From Candidatus Fervidifonticultor sextus (GTDB lineage Bacteria > Sysuimicrobiota > Sysuimicrobiia > Sysuimicrobiales > Humicultoraceae), in NCBI GenBank assembly GCA_031459875.1, contig JAVKHQ010000035.1, forward strand, positions 1 to 25,984: 25,984 nt of DNA, read 5' to 3'. This document shows positions 9,249 to 18,774 of the stretch, piece after piece. The position numbers were made by a program, and so were the translations under genes. The notes beneath the pieces were generated by a model. The model was not told where the DNA came from. It was given only the letters and a program-made list of their open reading frames with translations, and searched no databases. The first letter of the stretch is position 1. The number at the start of each line of letters is the position of its first letter.

Positions 9249-9986
9249 TCACCTCAGACGGGGCAGTTCCGGCCGGACCTGGCTGTCGTCCACCTCGTAG
9301 GTCAGGCGGTTGCAGACCTCCACGACACCGTCGGCCATGCCCGCCCACCGCCCGGCGAGATCGCGCTCGGACTTCCGCTCGACGACGCCGTCCAGGTAGG
9401 CGATCCCGTCCTTGACGGTGACGCTGACCCGCTCGGTGTTGATCCAGAGGTCGCGGACCAGGCTCTCCCGGATGGCCTCGGCCAGTTCGGCGTCGGGCCG
9501 GCGGAACGCCTTGAGCACGTCGGCCCGGCTCACGATGCCCACCACGCGGCCGGCGCGCAGCACCACGACGCGGTTGATGCCGTGGCGGACCATCACATCG
9601 GCGATTTCGTGGACCGTGGCCGCCTCGGTGACGGTCAGGACCGGCGAGGTCATGATCTCATAGGCCCGCGTGGCCTCGGCCTTGCGGGCGCGCTCCGCGG
9701 CTTCAACCACGGCCCGGATCGGGAGCCGGCGCACGATCCCCGGAGGCTCCGCGGGTTTGGGCAGCACCTCCTTGTAGAGCAGGTCGCCCTCGGTGACGAT
9801 CCCCACCAGTTCGTGCTCCTCGGTCACGATGGGGATGCCGCTGATCCGGTGGGTCGTCATCAGGGCCGCCAGGTCCTTGATGGTCGCATCAGGCCTCGCC
9901 GTGATGACCGGCGAGGTCATGATGTCGCGGGCGAGCAGCCGCAGCGGCCGCACGCGGGATGTCGGCTGCGAGGGTGCTGTCGCCAC
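9249..9986 (-). CDS. CBS-pair plus BON domain protein
   Basis: [11 protein letters not shown]...ISGIPIV...GIVTEGDL, a second CBS (GIVSRADVL) and a C-terminal BON ([14 protein letters not shown]...[10 protein letters not shown]). Start placed at GTG 9986 from RBS spacing; 9995 is an alternative. Confidence 0.9.
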   Translation of the reverse strand: MATAPSQPTSRVRPLRLLARDIMTSPVITARPDATIKDLAALMTTHRISGIPIVTEEHELVGIVTEGDLLYKEVLPKPAEPPGIVRRLPIRAVVEAAERARKAEATRAYEIMTSPVLTVTEAATVHEIADVMVRHGINRVVVLRAGRVVGIVSRADVLKAFRRPDAELAEAIRESLVRDLWINTERVSVTVKDGIAYLDGVVERKSERDLAGRWAGMADGVVEVCNRLTYEVDDSQVRPELPRLR

Positions 9987-9999
9987 AATGATCACCTCC

Positions 10000-10470
10000 T
10001 CATGCGTTGGCCCTGGCCACGAGGTCGCCCGCCCTTCGGGCCAGGATGGCGTACGGGACGACCACCACGGGGCACGGCGCCCGTCGCACCACCGCCTCGG
10101 CGACGCTGCCCATCAGCAGGCGCGGCAGGCCCGTGCGTCCGTGGGTGCCCACCACGATCAGGTCGGCCCCGGCGGATGCCTGCTCGAGGATCGCCTCGGC
10201 CGGATCCCCCTCGACGACAACGACCTTCACCCGTCCGGCCTCCACCCCGGTGCGCGCGAGCAGGTAGGCCATCTCGGCCCGCAGGTGGTCGATGAACCGG
10301 TCGAGATGCAGCCCGGCCTCCCGCCACGCGCGCGTGGCCTCGTCGGCGGTGTACGCGTGGAGCGCGGTCAGCGCGCCGCCGGACTGATGAGCCAGACGCA
10401 CCGCGAACTCCGCCAGCGCCGCCGATGTCGGCGACAGGTCCAGCGCCACGAGCACCCTCACCGGCCTCAC
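10000..10470 (-). CDS. Universal stress protein (USP)
   Basis: VLVALDLS, GDPAEAIL, ADLIVVGTHGRTG...GSVAEAVVRRAPCPVVVV. Confidence 0.93.
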   Translation of the reverse strand: MRPVRVLVALDLSPTSAALAEFAVRLAHQSGGALTALHAYTADEATRAWREAGLHLDRFIDHLRAEMAYLLARTGVEAGRVKVVVVEGDPAEAILEQASAGADLIVVGTHGRTGLPRLLMGSVAEAVVRRAPCPVVVVPYAILARRAGDLVARANA

Positions 10471-11114
10471 CCCTCCCGAGCAGGCACCGGCTCGGCCTGG
10501 AGGCTCACCTCCAGCGCCAGCCGGCCCAGGACCTCGCGCGCCCGGCGCGCGTCCCGGGCGTGCACGACGAGGTCGATCCCCTCAGAGCCGCGGAACCGCA
10601 GCGTCTGCAACGACAGGATCGGGACGCCCGAACGCGCCAGGCCTGCGACGATCCGGGGCAGTTCCACGGTCACGCTGCCCACCGCCACGCGCAGCCGGGC
10701 CTCGCCCGGTCTCATCCCCAGGACCTCGGCGAAGACCTCGAAGAGATCGCTCTCGGTCACGATACCGACCAGCCGGCCGCCGTCTGTGACCGGGAGGCCT
10801 CCGACCTTGTGCCGGCGCATGAGCGCGGCGGCCTCCTCCAGCGAGGTCTCCGGTCCCACGACAATCGGCGCCGGGGTCATGAGGTGGCGCACCCGGACGC
10901 CGACGGTCAGGTGCGGGACCTCCCACACCCCGCCGACGGCCGGGGGCCGCACCCGCACCAGATCGGTCCAGGTCACGATCCCCACCAGGGCGCCGTCCTC
11001 CACGACGGGCAGGCGACGGATCCTGCAGCGCCGCATGGTGCCCAGCGCTTCCCAGGCAGGAGCGTCGGGCCCGATCGTCTGCACCGGGCTCGTCATGCAG
11101 TCGCCAACGCGCAT
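10467..11114 (-). CDS. acuB: CBS-pair plus ACT-like protein (AcuB-like)
   Basis: Two CBS domains (IRRLPVV...GIVTWTDL; KVGGLPV...GIVTESDLF) and a C-terminal ACT-like segment; directly follows an AcuA-like gene. Confidence 0.75.
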   Translation of the reverse strand: MRVGDCMTSPVQTIGPDAPAWEALGTMRRCRIRRLPVVEDGALVGIVTWTDLVRVRPPAVGGVWEVPHLTVGVRVRHLMTPAPIVVGPETSLEEAAALMRRHKVGGLPVTDGGRLVGIVTESDLFEVFAEVLGMRPGEARLRVAVGSVTVELPRIVAGLARSGVPILSLQTLRFRGSEGIDLVVHARDARRAREVLGRLALEVSLQAEPVPAREG

Positions 11115-11123
11115 GGTGGTCTC

Positions 11124-11744
11124 CTAGGCGGCCAGTTCGCCCCGCTGGGCCTGGCGGAACCGGCGCAGCAGGCGGGGGGGAACGTCGCGGCCGACGCGCA
11201 CAGCCAGGAAGTTGTTGGGATCCATGGCCACATTGGGTTCGTTCGTCCACTCGCGACGGAAGCCGAAGCGCTCGAAGAGCCGCAGCAGCCGGTCGGCGTA
11301 GACGCTGGCGGCGAGGCCGGTGCCCTCGACGTCCCAGCACCAGACGTAGGCCGTGGCCACGTAGATGCGGGATTCCACCTCGGGCCGCTCGAACGCACGC
11401 CGCATCAGGGCCCGGGCGACCCCGCGCCCGCGCCAGCCCCGCGCCACCTCGATCCCGATCTCGAGCACCCGCAGGTCGTTCAGGCGTCCCCAGGGCTGGT
11501 CGGGGCCCGACGGTACGAGCAGGAGATATCCGACAACGGTCTGACCCGCGACGGCTGCGAAGACCTCGCCGCCGGGCACCCGCAGGGTCTTGCCGAGGGA
11601 TTCCCGGACGATCTCGGTCCGACGTCGGCTGTAGCGCGAGAACGACCCCAGGCCGGGATCGATCTCGTAGTCCGCCAGCGCTCGATTATCTTTGAGCTGG
11701 ATGATCGTGGCGGGGATGCTTTGAAGGGCTGTCGTCTCGGCCAC
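11124..11744 (-). CDS. acuA: GNAT acetyltransferase, AcuA-like
   Basis: IDPGLGSF, VVGYLLLV, VLEIGIEVARGWRGRGVARALM, AYVWCWD, FERFGF, TNEPNV, N-L-VRVG resemble Bacillus AcuA. The start is uncertain (11744 GTG, 11759 ATG or 11843). Confidence 0.75.
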   Translation of the reverse strand: MAETTALQSIPATIIQLKDNRALADYEIDPGLGSFSRYSRRRTEIVRESLGKTLRVPGGEVFAAVAGQTVVGYLLLVPSGPDQPWGRLNDLRVLEIGIEVARGWRGRGVARALMRRAFERPEVESRIYVATAYVWCWDVEGTGLAASVYADRLLRLFERFGFRREWTNEPNVAMDPNNFLAVRVGRDVPPRLLRRFRQAQRGELAA

Positions 11745-11762
11745 CGATCTCGACCCCATGCC

Positions 11763-11809
11763 AGCATAGACCGGGCGCCCGTCCCGGGGCCATCGGACGG
11801 ATACCCTAT
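11763..11809 (-). promoter_or_regulatory. Putative promoter of the acuA-to-vor operon: 18-bp palindrome plus -10 TATGCT
   Basis: + strand ATCGGA-CGGATA-CCCTAT at 11792-11809, a 23-nt spacer, then TATGCT on the minus strand at 11763-11768. Same architecture as the sites at 18705-18774 and 24370-24414. Confidence 0.5.
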
Positions 11810-11829
11810 TTGGGCCTAGACCGCGGGAA

Positions 11830-12360
11830 CTACCCGCGCGCACCCCTACAGGACCCGCCCTCGGCGGCCCCGACGAGGTCCAGCGCTTCGCCCAGCACCC
11901 GTCGGGCCGCCGTCTCCAGGGCCGAGGCGACCGGCGCCGACAGCGCGTGGCCCGGTGAGAACGATGCCCCCTCGATGCCGTAGAAAATCACGCGGGAAGG
12001 ACTGCGACCCAGCGCGCGGGCCAGGCCGACCGCCTCGGCGATGCCAAATGCGTGGGTCGAGGGATGCCGCAGCGCCGGAATGGTCCCCGCTCCCAGGTCG
12101 AGGCGGTAGATGGTCCCCGGCGACGCACCCGAGACCACCGCGTCCACCAGGATGGCCGCCTGCGCCCCGGCCCAGGCCTCCATCAGGGCGGCGGCGTCGC
12201 CGGTATGTTCCACCACCGTGATGGCATCCCGGATACCCCGGCAGGCCGGTTCGGCCAGGAGGACGCCGACGCGCCGGGCTACGGCGAGCCCCGCGGCGTC
12301 GTCGCCGCGGTCGGTGGCGCCGACCCCGATGATCAGGACCGCCTGACGTGCATGCCGCAC
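11830..12360 (-). CDS. [NiFe]-hydrogenase maturation endopeptidase (HyaD/HycI family)
   Basis: IIGVGATDRGDDAAG, ILVDAVVSGASPGTIYR, STHAFG, YGIEG; directly downstream of the large subunit. Confidence 0.88.
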   Translation of the reverse strand: MRHARQAVLIIGVGATDRGDDAAGLAVARRVGVLLAEPACRGIRDAITVVEHTGDAAALMEAWAGAQAAILVDAVVSGASPGTIYRLDLGAGTIPALRHPSTHAFGIAEAVGLARALGRSPSRVIFYGIEGASFSPGHALSAPVASALETAARRVLGEALDLVGAAEGGSCRGARG

Positions 12361-12370
12361 CGGAGGACCG

Positions 12371-13675
12371 CTACGTCCTGGCGACGGACAGGCGCAGAAA
12401 GTGCGTGGCGCACGAAATGCACGGGTCGTAGCACCGGACCAGTTGCTCGCACCGCCAGGTCGCCTCCTCGTGCGGCAGGTCCAGGACGCCCGGGACGAAC
12501 TGCCACAGGTCGTCCTCGATGCGCTTGAGGTTCTGGCTCGTCGGCGGGACGATCCTGGCCGAGGCGACGAGACCGCGGTCGTCGACCTGGTAGCGGTGAT
12601 ACAGGAGGCCTCGCGGCGCCTCGGTGGCGTGCGCGCCGGACCCGGCGCGTGGGGGGTCCGGCAGCGGTGCGCGCGGCGGCGCGGGAGGCTCGTAGGCCCG
12701 GACCAGGGCCAGGGCCTCCTCGAAGGCATGCACCGTCTCCAGGCCCCTCGCCAGCAGGCTCCTGAACGGATTGCGGATCGGCAGCCCCAGCCCGATCTCC
12801 CGCGCGACGGACTGCGCGGCCGGCGAGAGCCGGTCGAAGTTCAGGTTCACCCGACTGGTGGGCCCCACCAGGTAGCTCCGTCCGGTCTCGACGCGGCGCG
12901 CGTGCAGGGCGTTGGCATGGGCCACCTGCTCCTCGATGACGTGCCGCTCGAAGTCTTCGACCGGGGCGTCCAGGCCCGCCGATGAGACGAGGCGCCCCTC
13001 GTTGAGCGGGTATTCGTCCGGGTGCCGCAGGCTGACGAACTCGTAGTCGGCCTCGAAGTCCGGATACTCCAGCCCGGCGGCAAAGCGCACGGCCTCGACG
13101 GCCGTCTCCAGGCCCCACGCCAGGTCCGGCTCCATCGCCGCCAGGTCGGCCCGCCGCGGCGCCCGGTAGAAGCCGCCGACGCAGGCGTTGACCGGGTGGA
13201 TCTCCCTTCCGCCGATGAGGGCCACCAGGCGGTTGCCGATCTGCTTCATGCGCAGCGCCCGCTCGACCCAGGGCCGCAGGCGCGGGTCGGCGGCCATGCT
13301 GAGGGCCGACTCGTGCCCGAGGAAGTCCGGCAGGTGCAACAGGAAGATGTGGAGGACGTGGCTGGAGATCCACTCGCCGCAGTAGAACAGCCGGCGCAAC
13401 TCCCGCACGCCCGGCGGCGGGGTGACCCCCATCGCCTTCTCCAGGGCGTGGGCGGCGCTCATCTGGTAGGCCACCGGGCAGATGCCGCAGATGCGCGCGG
13501 TGAGGTCGGGTGCTTCCTGGTAGTGCCGCCCCCGCAGGAACGCCTCGAAGAAGCGGGGTGGCTCATAGATGTGCAATTGAATGTCGGTGACGCGGTGGTC
13601 CCGGACCGTCACGCGCAGCGCGCCCTCGCCCTCGACGCGGGCTAGGGCGTCGACGGCGATGCGTCGCTCACCCAC
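12371..13675 (-). CDS. hydA: Group 3b [NiFe]-hydrogenase (sulfhydrogenase) large/alpha subunit
   Basis: ARVEGEG, EPPRFFE, L1 [16 protein letters not shown]2 [12 protein letters not shown] followed by a cleavable C-terminal extension (FLRLSVART). Confidence 0.96.
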   Translation of the reverse strand: MGERRIAVDALARVEGEGALRVTVRDHRVTDIQLHIYEPPRFFEAFLRGRHYQEAPDLTARICGICPVAYQMSAAHALEKAMGVTPPPGVRELRRLFYCGEWISSHVLHIFLLHLPDFLGHESALSMAADPRLRPWVERALRMKQIGNRLVALIGGREIHPVNACVGGFYRAPRRADLAAMEPDLAWGLETAVEAVRFAAGLEYPDFEADYEFVSLRHPDEYPLNEGRLVSSAGLDAPVEDFERHVIEEQVAHANALHARRVETGRSYLVGPTSRVNLNFDRLSPAAQSVAREIGLGLPIRNPFRSLLARGLETVHAFEEALALVRAYEPPAPPRAPLPDPPRAGSGAHATEAPRGLLYHRYQVDDRGLVASARIVPPTSQNLKRIEDDLWQFVPGVLDLPHEEATWRCEQLVRCYDPCISCATHFLRLSVART

Positions 13676-14492
13676 GGCCGGCCTCCCCGGCCCCGCCGGT
13701 GGCGGCCTCCCTCCCGAACTGCATGCTGGCCGCCCTGAACGCCCGGGCGTAGCCGTTGACAGTCCGGAAGGCCCGTGCCACCTCCTCCGGACTCAGCCCC
13801 AGCACCAGGAACTGCGTGCCCAGCGAGGTCACGTTGGGTAACTCCATCGGGCCGAAGCACCCGTAGCAGCCGCGGTGGTAGGCGGGACAGATGGCCCCGC
13901 AGCCCGCCTGCGTGGCCGGACCCAGACACGGGATCCCGTGGGCTACCATGACGCACACGGTCCCCTGCCGCTTGCACTCCCCACACACGCTGTGCGTGGG
14001 CACCTGGGGCTTCCGGCCGATCACCAGTGAGCTCACGAGGTCCACGAGCTGGCGCTTGCTGATCGGGCATCCGCGCAGTTCGAAGTCCACCGGCACGACC
14101 TCGCTGAGCGGCACGGACCGCTCAAGCGCGTGGATGTGCTCGGGCCTGGCGTAGACGACCCGGGTGAATTCGGCCACGTCCGCCCAGTTGCGCAGGGCCT
14201 GAATGCCGCCGGCGGTGGCGCAGGCCCCGATGGCCACCAGCAGCCGCGCCTGCTGCCGGATCTCCTTGAGGCGCTCGACCTCTTCGCTGGTGGTGACCGA
14301 GCCCTCGACCAGCGCCACGTCGTACGGGCCGGGGGCCGTCCGCCGGCTGGCTTCGAGGAAGTAGGCGATCTCCACCTCACCGGCGACGGCCAGCAGTTCC
14401 TCCTCGCAGTCCAGCAGCGCCAGCTGGCAGCCGTCGCAGGAGGCGAACTTGAAGACCGCCAGGGTGGGTTTGCGCCGGCGCACGGTGGCCAT
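13668..14492 (-). CDS. hydD: Group 3b [NiFe]-hydrogenase small/delta subunit
   Basis: [54 protein letters not shown]; no Tat signal. Confidence 0.95.
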   Translation of the reverse strand: MATVRRRKPTLAVFKFASCDGCQLALLDCEEELLAVAGEVEIAYFLEASRRTAPGPYDVALVEGSVTTSEEVERLKEIRQQARLLVAIGACATAGGIQALRNWADVAEFTRVVYARPEHIHALERSVPLSEVVPVDFELRGCPISKRQLVDLVSSLVIGRKPQVPTHSVCGECKRQGTVCVMVAHGIPCLGPATQAGCGAICPAYHRGCYGCFGPMELPNVTSLGTQFLVLGLSPEEVARAFRTVNGYARAFRAASMQFGREAATGGAGEAGRG

Positions 14493-15367
14493 CAGTACTC
14501 CTCCACCCCGAAGAAGGGCTCGATGCGGTCGTAGCGCAGCACCGGCCCGTCCCTGCAGAGGAAGAGCGGGCCGTACTGGCAGCGTCCGCAGAAGGCGACG
14601 GCGCACTTCATGTTGCGTTCCAGCGACAGGTAGATGCTGCCTTTGGGGATGCGCCTGGCCAGCGCCTCGTAGACGACGAACCGCATCATGATCTCCGGTC
14701 CGCACGTGAAGACCATGGTGCGCCGCGGGTCGGGACGGAGCAGGTAGAAGAGGATGGGCACCACCCCGACGCGCCCCTTCCACGTGTCGTCGGCGCGGTC
14801 CACGGTGACGATCACCTCGATGTCGTGGCGGCGCCAGGCCTCGTACTCCTGTGGGTAGAGCAGGTCGTCCGGCGTACGGGCCCCGATCAGCAGGTGGATC
14901 CGTCCGAACTGTCCCCGATGCCGGGTGAGGTGGTAGAGCGCCGGCCGCAGGGGTGCCATCCCGATGCCACCGGCGACGATGATGAGGTCCTGGCCCATGG
15001 CCCGGTCCACCGGCCAGGGGGTCCCGTAGGGACCGCGGACCCCGATGAGGTCGCCTGGGACCAGCCGGGCGATGGCCTGGGTGACGGTCCCGGCGACGCG
15101 GACTGTGTGCTGGAGGGCGGCCGGATCTGCCGGATCGGAACTGAGGGAAATGGCCGACTCCCCGATCCCGGGGAGGGAGAGCATGTTGAACTGGCCGGGG
15201 CGGAAGCGGTAGGCCTCGCGGACGGCTGGGTCGCGGAACTGAAGCGTGTAGGTGGCGATCCCCGGCGCCTCGGGCCGGACGGCGGTGACCGTTGCGGCAA
15301 GGGGGACCATGGGGTGTCCCACCTCGGGGCGCCGGGAGCCGCTCGCCGCCACCGCGCTCGCGCTCAT
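14492..15367 (-). CDS. hydG: Group 3b hydrogenase gamma subunit (FAD/NAD(P)-binding, 2Fe-2S)
   Basis: [50 protein letters not shown]...CRDGPV. Confidence 0.94.
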   Translation of the reverse strand: MSASAVAASGSRRPEVGHPMVPLAATVTAVRPEAPGIATYTLQFRDPAVREAYRFRPGQFNMLSLPGIGESAISLSSDPADPAALQHTVRVAGTVTQAIARLVPGDLIGVRGPYGTPWPVDRAMGQDLIIVAGGIGMAPLRPALYHLTRHRGQFGRIHLLIGARTPDDLLYPQEYEAWRRHDIEVIVTVDRADDTWKGRVGVVPILFYLLRPDPRRTMVFTCGPEIMMRFVVYEALARRIPKGSIYLSLERNMKCAVAFCGRCQYGPLFLCRDGPVLRYDRIEPFFGVEEY

Positions 15368-16500
15368 GACCGGGGCGCCTCCCGGATCGCCGCCACTTCT
15401 TCCGTCAGGTCGATCCCCACCGGGCACCACGTGATGCACCGGCCACAGCCCACGCACCCCGAGATCCCGAACTGCTCGATCCAGGCAGCGAGTTTGTGGG
15501 TCAGCCACTGGCGGTAGCGGGCGCGGACGGTGGGGCGCAGGTTGCCGCCATAGACGTGCGAGAACGCGCCGTCAAAGCAGGAGGCCCAGACCCGGACCCG
15601 TGCCGCCTGCTCGCCGGCGAGATCGCTGGTGTCCTGGACGTCGGCGCAGAAGCACGTGGGGCAGACCAGGGTGCAGTTGGCGCAGGCCAGGCACCGGAGT
15701 GCGACTTCGGCCCAGCGGGGATGCTCCAGGTTCTCGTAGAGGAGCCCGGGCAGGTCCTTCGTCTCCAGCGCCCGGCCCATCCTGGTCGCGGCCTCCTCCA
15801 GCAGGCGCCGGGCACGGTTCAGGACGAAGGCCCCGGCCGGCCGCCAGGGAACCCCGGCCAGCACCTGCGCGCCGAGTTCCGAGCCGACCTCCACCAGGAA
15901 GCCCTCGTCGAGCTCGGTGAGCGCCAGGTCGAACCCCGACGCGCAGCGGGGACCGGTCTTCATCGACGCGCAGAAGCAGACCCCGCCGGGCTCCACGCAG
16001 TTGACCGCCAGCACGAACGCCGCCTGACGGCGGGCCTTGTAGTGGGGGTCCTGGACGGCGCCTTCGAGGAAGACCCGGTCCTGCACCCCGATGGCGGCCA
16101 GGTCGCAGGCCCGCACGCCGATGAAGGCGAACCGCATCGGCGCCTCTCCGTCGGGCTCCACCTCGATCCCCGCGGGGGTCTTCCGGGTGGAGAAGAGCTT
16201 CAGGACCGGAGGATAGAGGTACCGCTTCCACGAGTGCGGCCCGACGACAAACCCGAAGTAGCGGTCGTCGTCCCGCCGGCGCAGCCGGTAGCTGCCGGGC
16301 CCCTGCTCATCGCGCCATCCCACGGGGAGGTCGGACAGCCCCCCGATCTCGTCGTAGACGATGGCGCCGTCGGCGATCGTGGGCCCGATCAACGTGAAGC
16401 CGGCCTCCCGCAGCGCGTCGAAGATGCGCTGCAGCATCGGCTTCTCGATCATCACGTGGGTGCCGACGCTCGGGGCGGAGGTCGGCGTCGGTCCCGTCAT
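15364..16500 (-). CDS. hydB: Group 3b hydrogenase beta subunit (4Fe-4S dicluster)
   Basis: [57 protein letters not shown]. Confidence 0.94.
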   Translation of the reverse strand: MTGPTPTSAPSVGTHVMIEKPMLQRIFDALREAGFTLIGPTIADGAIVYDEIGGLSDLPVGWRDEQGPGSYRLRRRDDDRYFGFVVGPHSWKRYLYPPVLKLFSTRKTPAGIEVEPDGEAPMRFAFIGVRACDLAAIGVQDRVFLEGAVQDPHYKARRQAAFVLAVNCVEPGGVCFCASMKTGPRCASGFDLALTELDEGFLVEVGSELGAQVLAGVPWRPAGAFVLNRARRLLEEAATRMGRALETKDLPGLLYENLEHPRWAEVALRCLACANCTLVCPTCFCADVQDTSDLAGEQAARVRVWASCFDGAFSHVYGGNLRPTVRARYRQWLTHKLAAWIEQFGISGCVGCGRCITWCPVGIDLTEEVAAIREAPRS

Positions 16501-16985
16501 GTCCGCCCACCGACCCCGTAGACGTCCAGGAGCTGGAGGCGCGTCGCCTTGAGCCGGCTGGCGATGACCTGAGCCAGGATGCGGTAGACCTGGTAGCCGA
16601 GGTCGTGGTCGGCCTCGCAGGCCTGGTGCAGCGCAGCGGCATCGAAGGCGATGGCCCGGGTCGCCAGCAGCGCCCGGGCGCCGGCGGTCTTCTTCTCCAC
16701 CCCCGGCACCGCGGCCGACCATCCGAGGATCTCGTGGGGGCCCACGGTCAGGATGGTCGTCCGGCCCCGGCCGGGGATGTAGGTCTCCAGCGCCACCAGC
16801 CCTTCGACGACCAGGTAGAGCCTGTCGTCCGGTTCGCCCTCCCGGAAGATCACCTGATCTTCGCCCCAGGTCATCTCCTGGGCGAATGCCGCCAGCTGCT
16901 CCAGATGGTGCGGGGCCAGGGCCGCAAACAGCGGGCTGGCGCGCAGCCGGGCCACCAGCGTCTCTCCTGCCCTCGGGCCCGTCAT
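16497..16985 (-). CDS. Stand-alone cyclic-nucleotide-binding (CRP/FNR-type cNMP) domain protein
   Basis: SPLFAAL, VIFREGEPDDRLYLVVEG-VALE, GPHEILGWS, C-terminal RLKATRLQLLDVY; no HTH. This type often accompanies group 3b hydrogenases. Confidence 0.88.
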   Translation of the reverse strand: MTGPRAGETLVARLRASPLFAALAPHHLEQLAAFAQEMTWGEDQVIFREGEPDDRLYLVVEGLVALETYIPGRGRTTILTVGPHEILGWSAAVPGVEKKTAGARALLATRAIAFDAAALHQACEADHDLGYQVYRILAQVIASRLKATRLQLLDVYGVGGRT

Positions 16986-16992
16986 CGTCTGC

Positions 16993-17655
16993 TCACCTTC
17001 CGTGGACGTCCCGCTGGGCCTCGACCCAGGCAATCCAGGCCCCCAGACCCTCCCCGGTGCGCGCGGAGACGGGGAACAGCGGGGCCGCGCTGACCTCGCG
17101 CAGGCCGTCGGCGAACGCCGACATGGAGAAATCGGTCACCGGCAGGAGGTCGACCTTGTTGAGGACCACGGCTGCGGCCCGGGCGAACGCGGCCGGGTAC
17201 TTGCGCGGCTTGTCGTCGCCCTCAGGCACGCTGGCCACGACCACCCGCAGGTGCTCGCCCAGGTCGTAGGCCGCCGGGCAGACCAGATTCCCGACGTTCT
17301 CGATGAAGAGCACCTTGAGGGTCTCCAGCGGCAACCGGCCCAGCGCCGCGCGCACCAGGTTGGCATCGAGGTGGCAGAGGTTGCCGACCAGGCGCGTCTC
17401 GATCTGGACCGCCGGCAGGCCGCAGCGGGCCAGGCGCTCGGCGTCGCGGCTCGTGGCGATGTCGCCTTCGATCACGCCCAGCGGCAGGCGCGGGTGGAGG
17501 ATCGCCGCGGTCTGTTCCAGCAGGGCCGTCTTGCCGCTGCCCGGCGAGCCGATGATGTTGATGGCCACCACGCCGGCGCGGTAAAGCGTCGTCCGGACCT
17601 CCTCGGCCAGGGCGTCGTTGGCCCGCAGCACGCGCTCCAGCACCTCGACCCGCAT
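16993..17655 (-). CDS. hypB: Hydrogenase nickel-insertion GTPase HypB
   Basis: GSPGSGKT, IEGD, CHLDA, IENVGNLVCPA, EGDDKPRKYP, NKVDL, SARTGEG; no N-terminal His-rich segment. Confidence 0.96.
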   Translation of the reverse strand: MRVEVLERVLRANDALAEEVRTTLYRAGVVAINIIGSPGSGKTALLEQTAAILHPRLPLGVIEGDIATSRDAERLARCGLPAVQIETRLVGNLCHLDANLVRAALGRLPLETLKVLFIENVGNLVCPAAYDLGEHLRVVVASVPEGDDKPRKYPAAFARAAAVVLNKVDLLPVTDFSMSAFADGLREVSAAPLFPVSARTGEGLGAWIAWVEAQRDVHGR

Positions 17656-17658
17656 TCC

Positions 17659-17898
17659 TCACTCCCCCTCGATCCACTCCAGGCGCAGGTCTGCACCGTC
17701 CGTGGCCCGCACCTGGAGGGCCGCACCCGCCGTGGGACCGCCCCGGAGGACCTGGAACGCAAAGGCCAGCGCCTCCGGTCCCACCCCGGAGAGCGACCCC
17801 ACGCAGATGCCCACCGCGCTCACCGTGGTCAGACGGTGGCGCGAGACCACCTCGTCCACCTGTCGGAGCAGCGCCTGGGCGATCGACACCTCGTGCAC
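17659..17898 (-). CDS. hypA: Short HypA nickel chaperone lacking the zinc-finger domain (79 aa)
   Basis: MHEVSIAQ N-terminus, VG-LSGV-PEALAFAF, GAALQV, then directly the C-terminal strand G-DLRLEWIEGE; no CxxC...CPxC. Confidence 0.85.
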   Translation of the reverse strand: MHEVSIAQALLRQVDEVVSRHRLTTVSAVGICVGSLSGVGPEALAFAFQVLRGGPTAGAALQVRATDGADLRLEWIEGE

Positions 17899-17906
17899 GG
17901 TCGTCC

Positions 17907-18686
17907 TCAGAACGTCTGGTTGGCCAGCGCCATCATCCCGCGGGTGTACCGCTCCAGCGCGGCCACGTGTTCCGGCTCGAGGAGCACGCAGGCCCATCGC
18001 CAGTGGAACGCCACCACGTCACCGGGCGACGCACCTTCCAGGAACGTGTCGTCGCCGAGGGCGCGCAGCACGCGGGTGGGCTGCAGGTCGCCGAAGGCGA
18101 GCCGGCCCTCGCGGATGCACACCGGCCGGTAGTCCACGACGAAGGCGCCGGGCTCGACGGCGGTGATCGTGCCCCAACCGATGCGGCACAGGTCCAGGGC
18201 GGCGTCGCCCTGGGGCAGTCCGGTCCGCCGGGAGACGTCGAAGACGTGAAAGGCGTGGTGGGCCCGGGCGCCGGCCGACGGCTTGCCCGCCAGGAGGTCC
18301 AGCGCCGACGGCCGGACCTGACGTCGGAACCGTTCGTGCAGGTGGGCCGCGTAGCGCGCCCAGTCCACGTGCTCGAGCAGATCGTTGCCGATCCAGTAGG
18401 CTTCGACGACGCGGCGGTCAAACGGGTCCGGGATGGCGTTGCACTCGGCAATCAACTCCAGATAGGGATAGGCCGCCGCGAAGGTGCGGAGGTGGCGGCG
18501 CAGTCCGTCGTCGGCGGCATCGGCCTGCATGGACGCCAGCAACGCCGCGGCGACGTTCCCGCCGCAGTAGCCCAAGTGGTTGGGCATAAAGGCGAAGCGG
18601 GCGAACAGCCGCAGCCCGTCCAGCGATCCCGGGGTGACGACACCGCATCCCGAATCGGAACGCACTGATGCCTCCCGCGCGCGCAT
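17907..18686 (-). CDS. DUF6390-like protein with an apparent C-terminal HypC-like domain
   Basis: FARFAFMPNHLGYCG, F-AAYPYL-LIA, DPFD-RVVEAYWIGN-LL, HHAFHV, LDLCRIGWG, GDVVAFHW. The family name is recalled from motif familiarity, not searched. Start is ATG 18686 or GTG 18665; both have GGAGG. Confidence 0.75.
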   Translation of the reverse strand: MRAREASVRSDSGCGVVTPGSLDGLRLFARFAFMPNHLGYCGGNVAAALLASMQADAADDGLRRHLRTFAAAYPYLELIAECNAIPDPFDRRVVEAYWIGNDLLEHVDWARYAAHLHERFRRQVRPSALDLLAGKPSAGARAHHAFHVFDVSRRTGLPQGDAALDLCRIGWGTITAVEPGAFVVDYRPVCIREGRLAFGDLQPTRVLRALGDDTFLEGASPGDVVAFHWRWACVLLEPEHVAALERYTRGMMALANQTF

Positions 18687-18704
18687 CCGGCTTCCTCCGC
18701 CGTC

Positions 18705-18774
18705 ACAATACCGTCTGAGGGCGGGGCTGCCCATCGGGCGGGGGCTCGATGGGAGCACCGGACCTTCCCCCGAT
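18705..18774 (-). promoter_or_regulatory. Putative promoter of the DUF6390-hypAB-hydrogenase operon with tandem 18-bp palindromes
   Basis: + strand ATCGGG-CGGGGG-CTCGAT (18733-18750) and ACCGGA-CCTTCC-CCCGAT (18757-18774), a 22-nt spacer, then TATTGT on the minus strand at 18705-18710. Confidence 0.55.

Noticed and set aside
12371..12440. [NiFeSe] (selenocysteine) hydrogenase
   Set aside because: The L2 motif DPCISC uses ordinary Cys codons; there is no in-frame TGA.
13668..14492. Tat export of the hydrogenase (tatAC nearby; the small subunit starts MATVRRRK)
   Set aside because: There is no RRxFLK motif or hydrophobic h-region, and group 3b enzymes are cytoplasmic.
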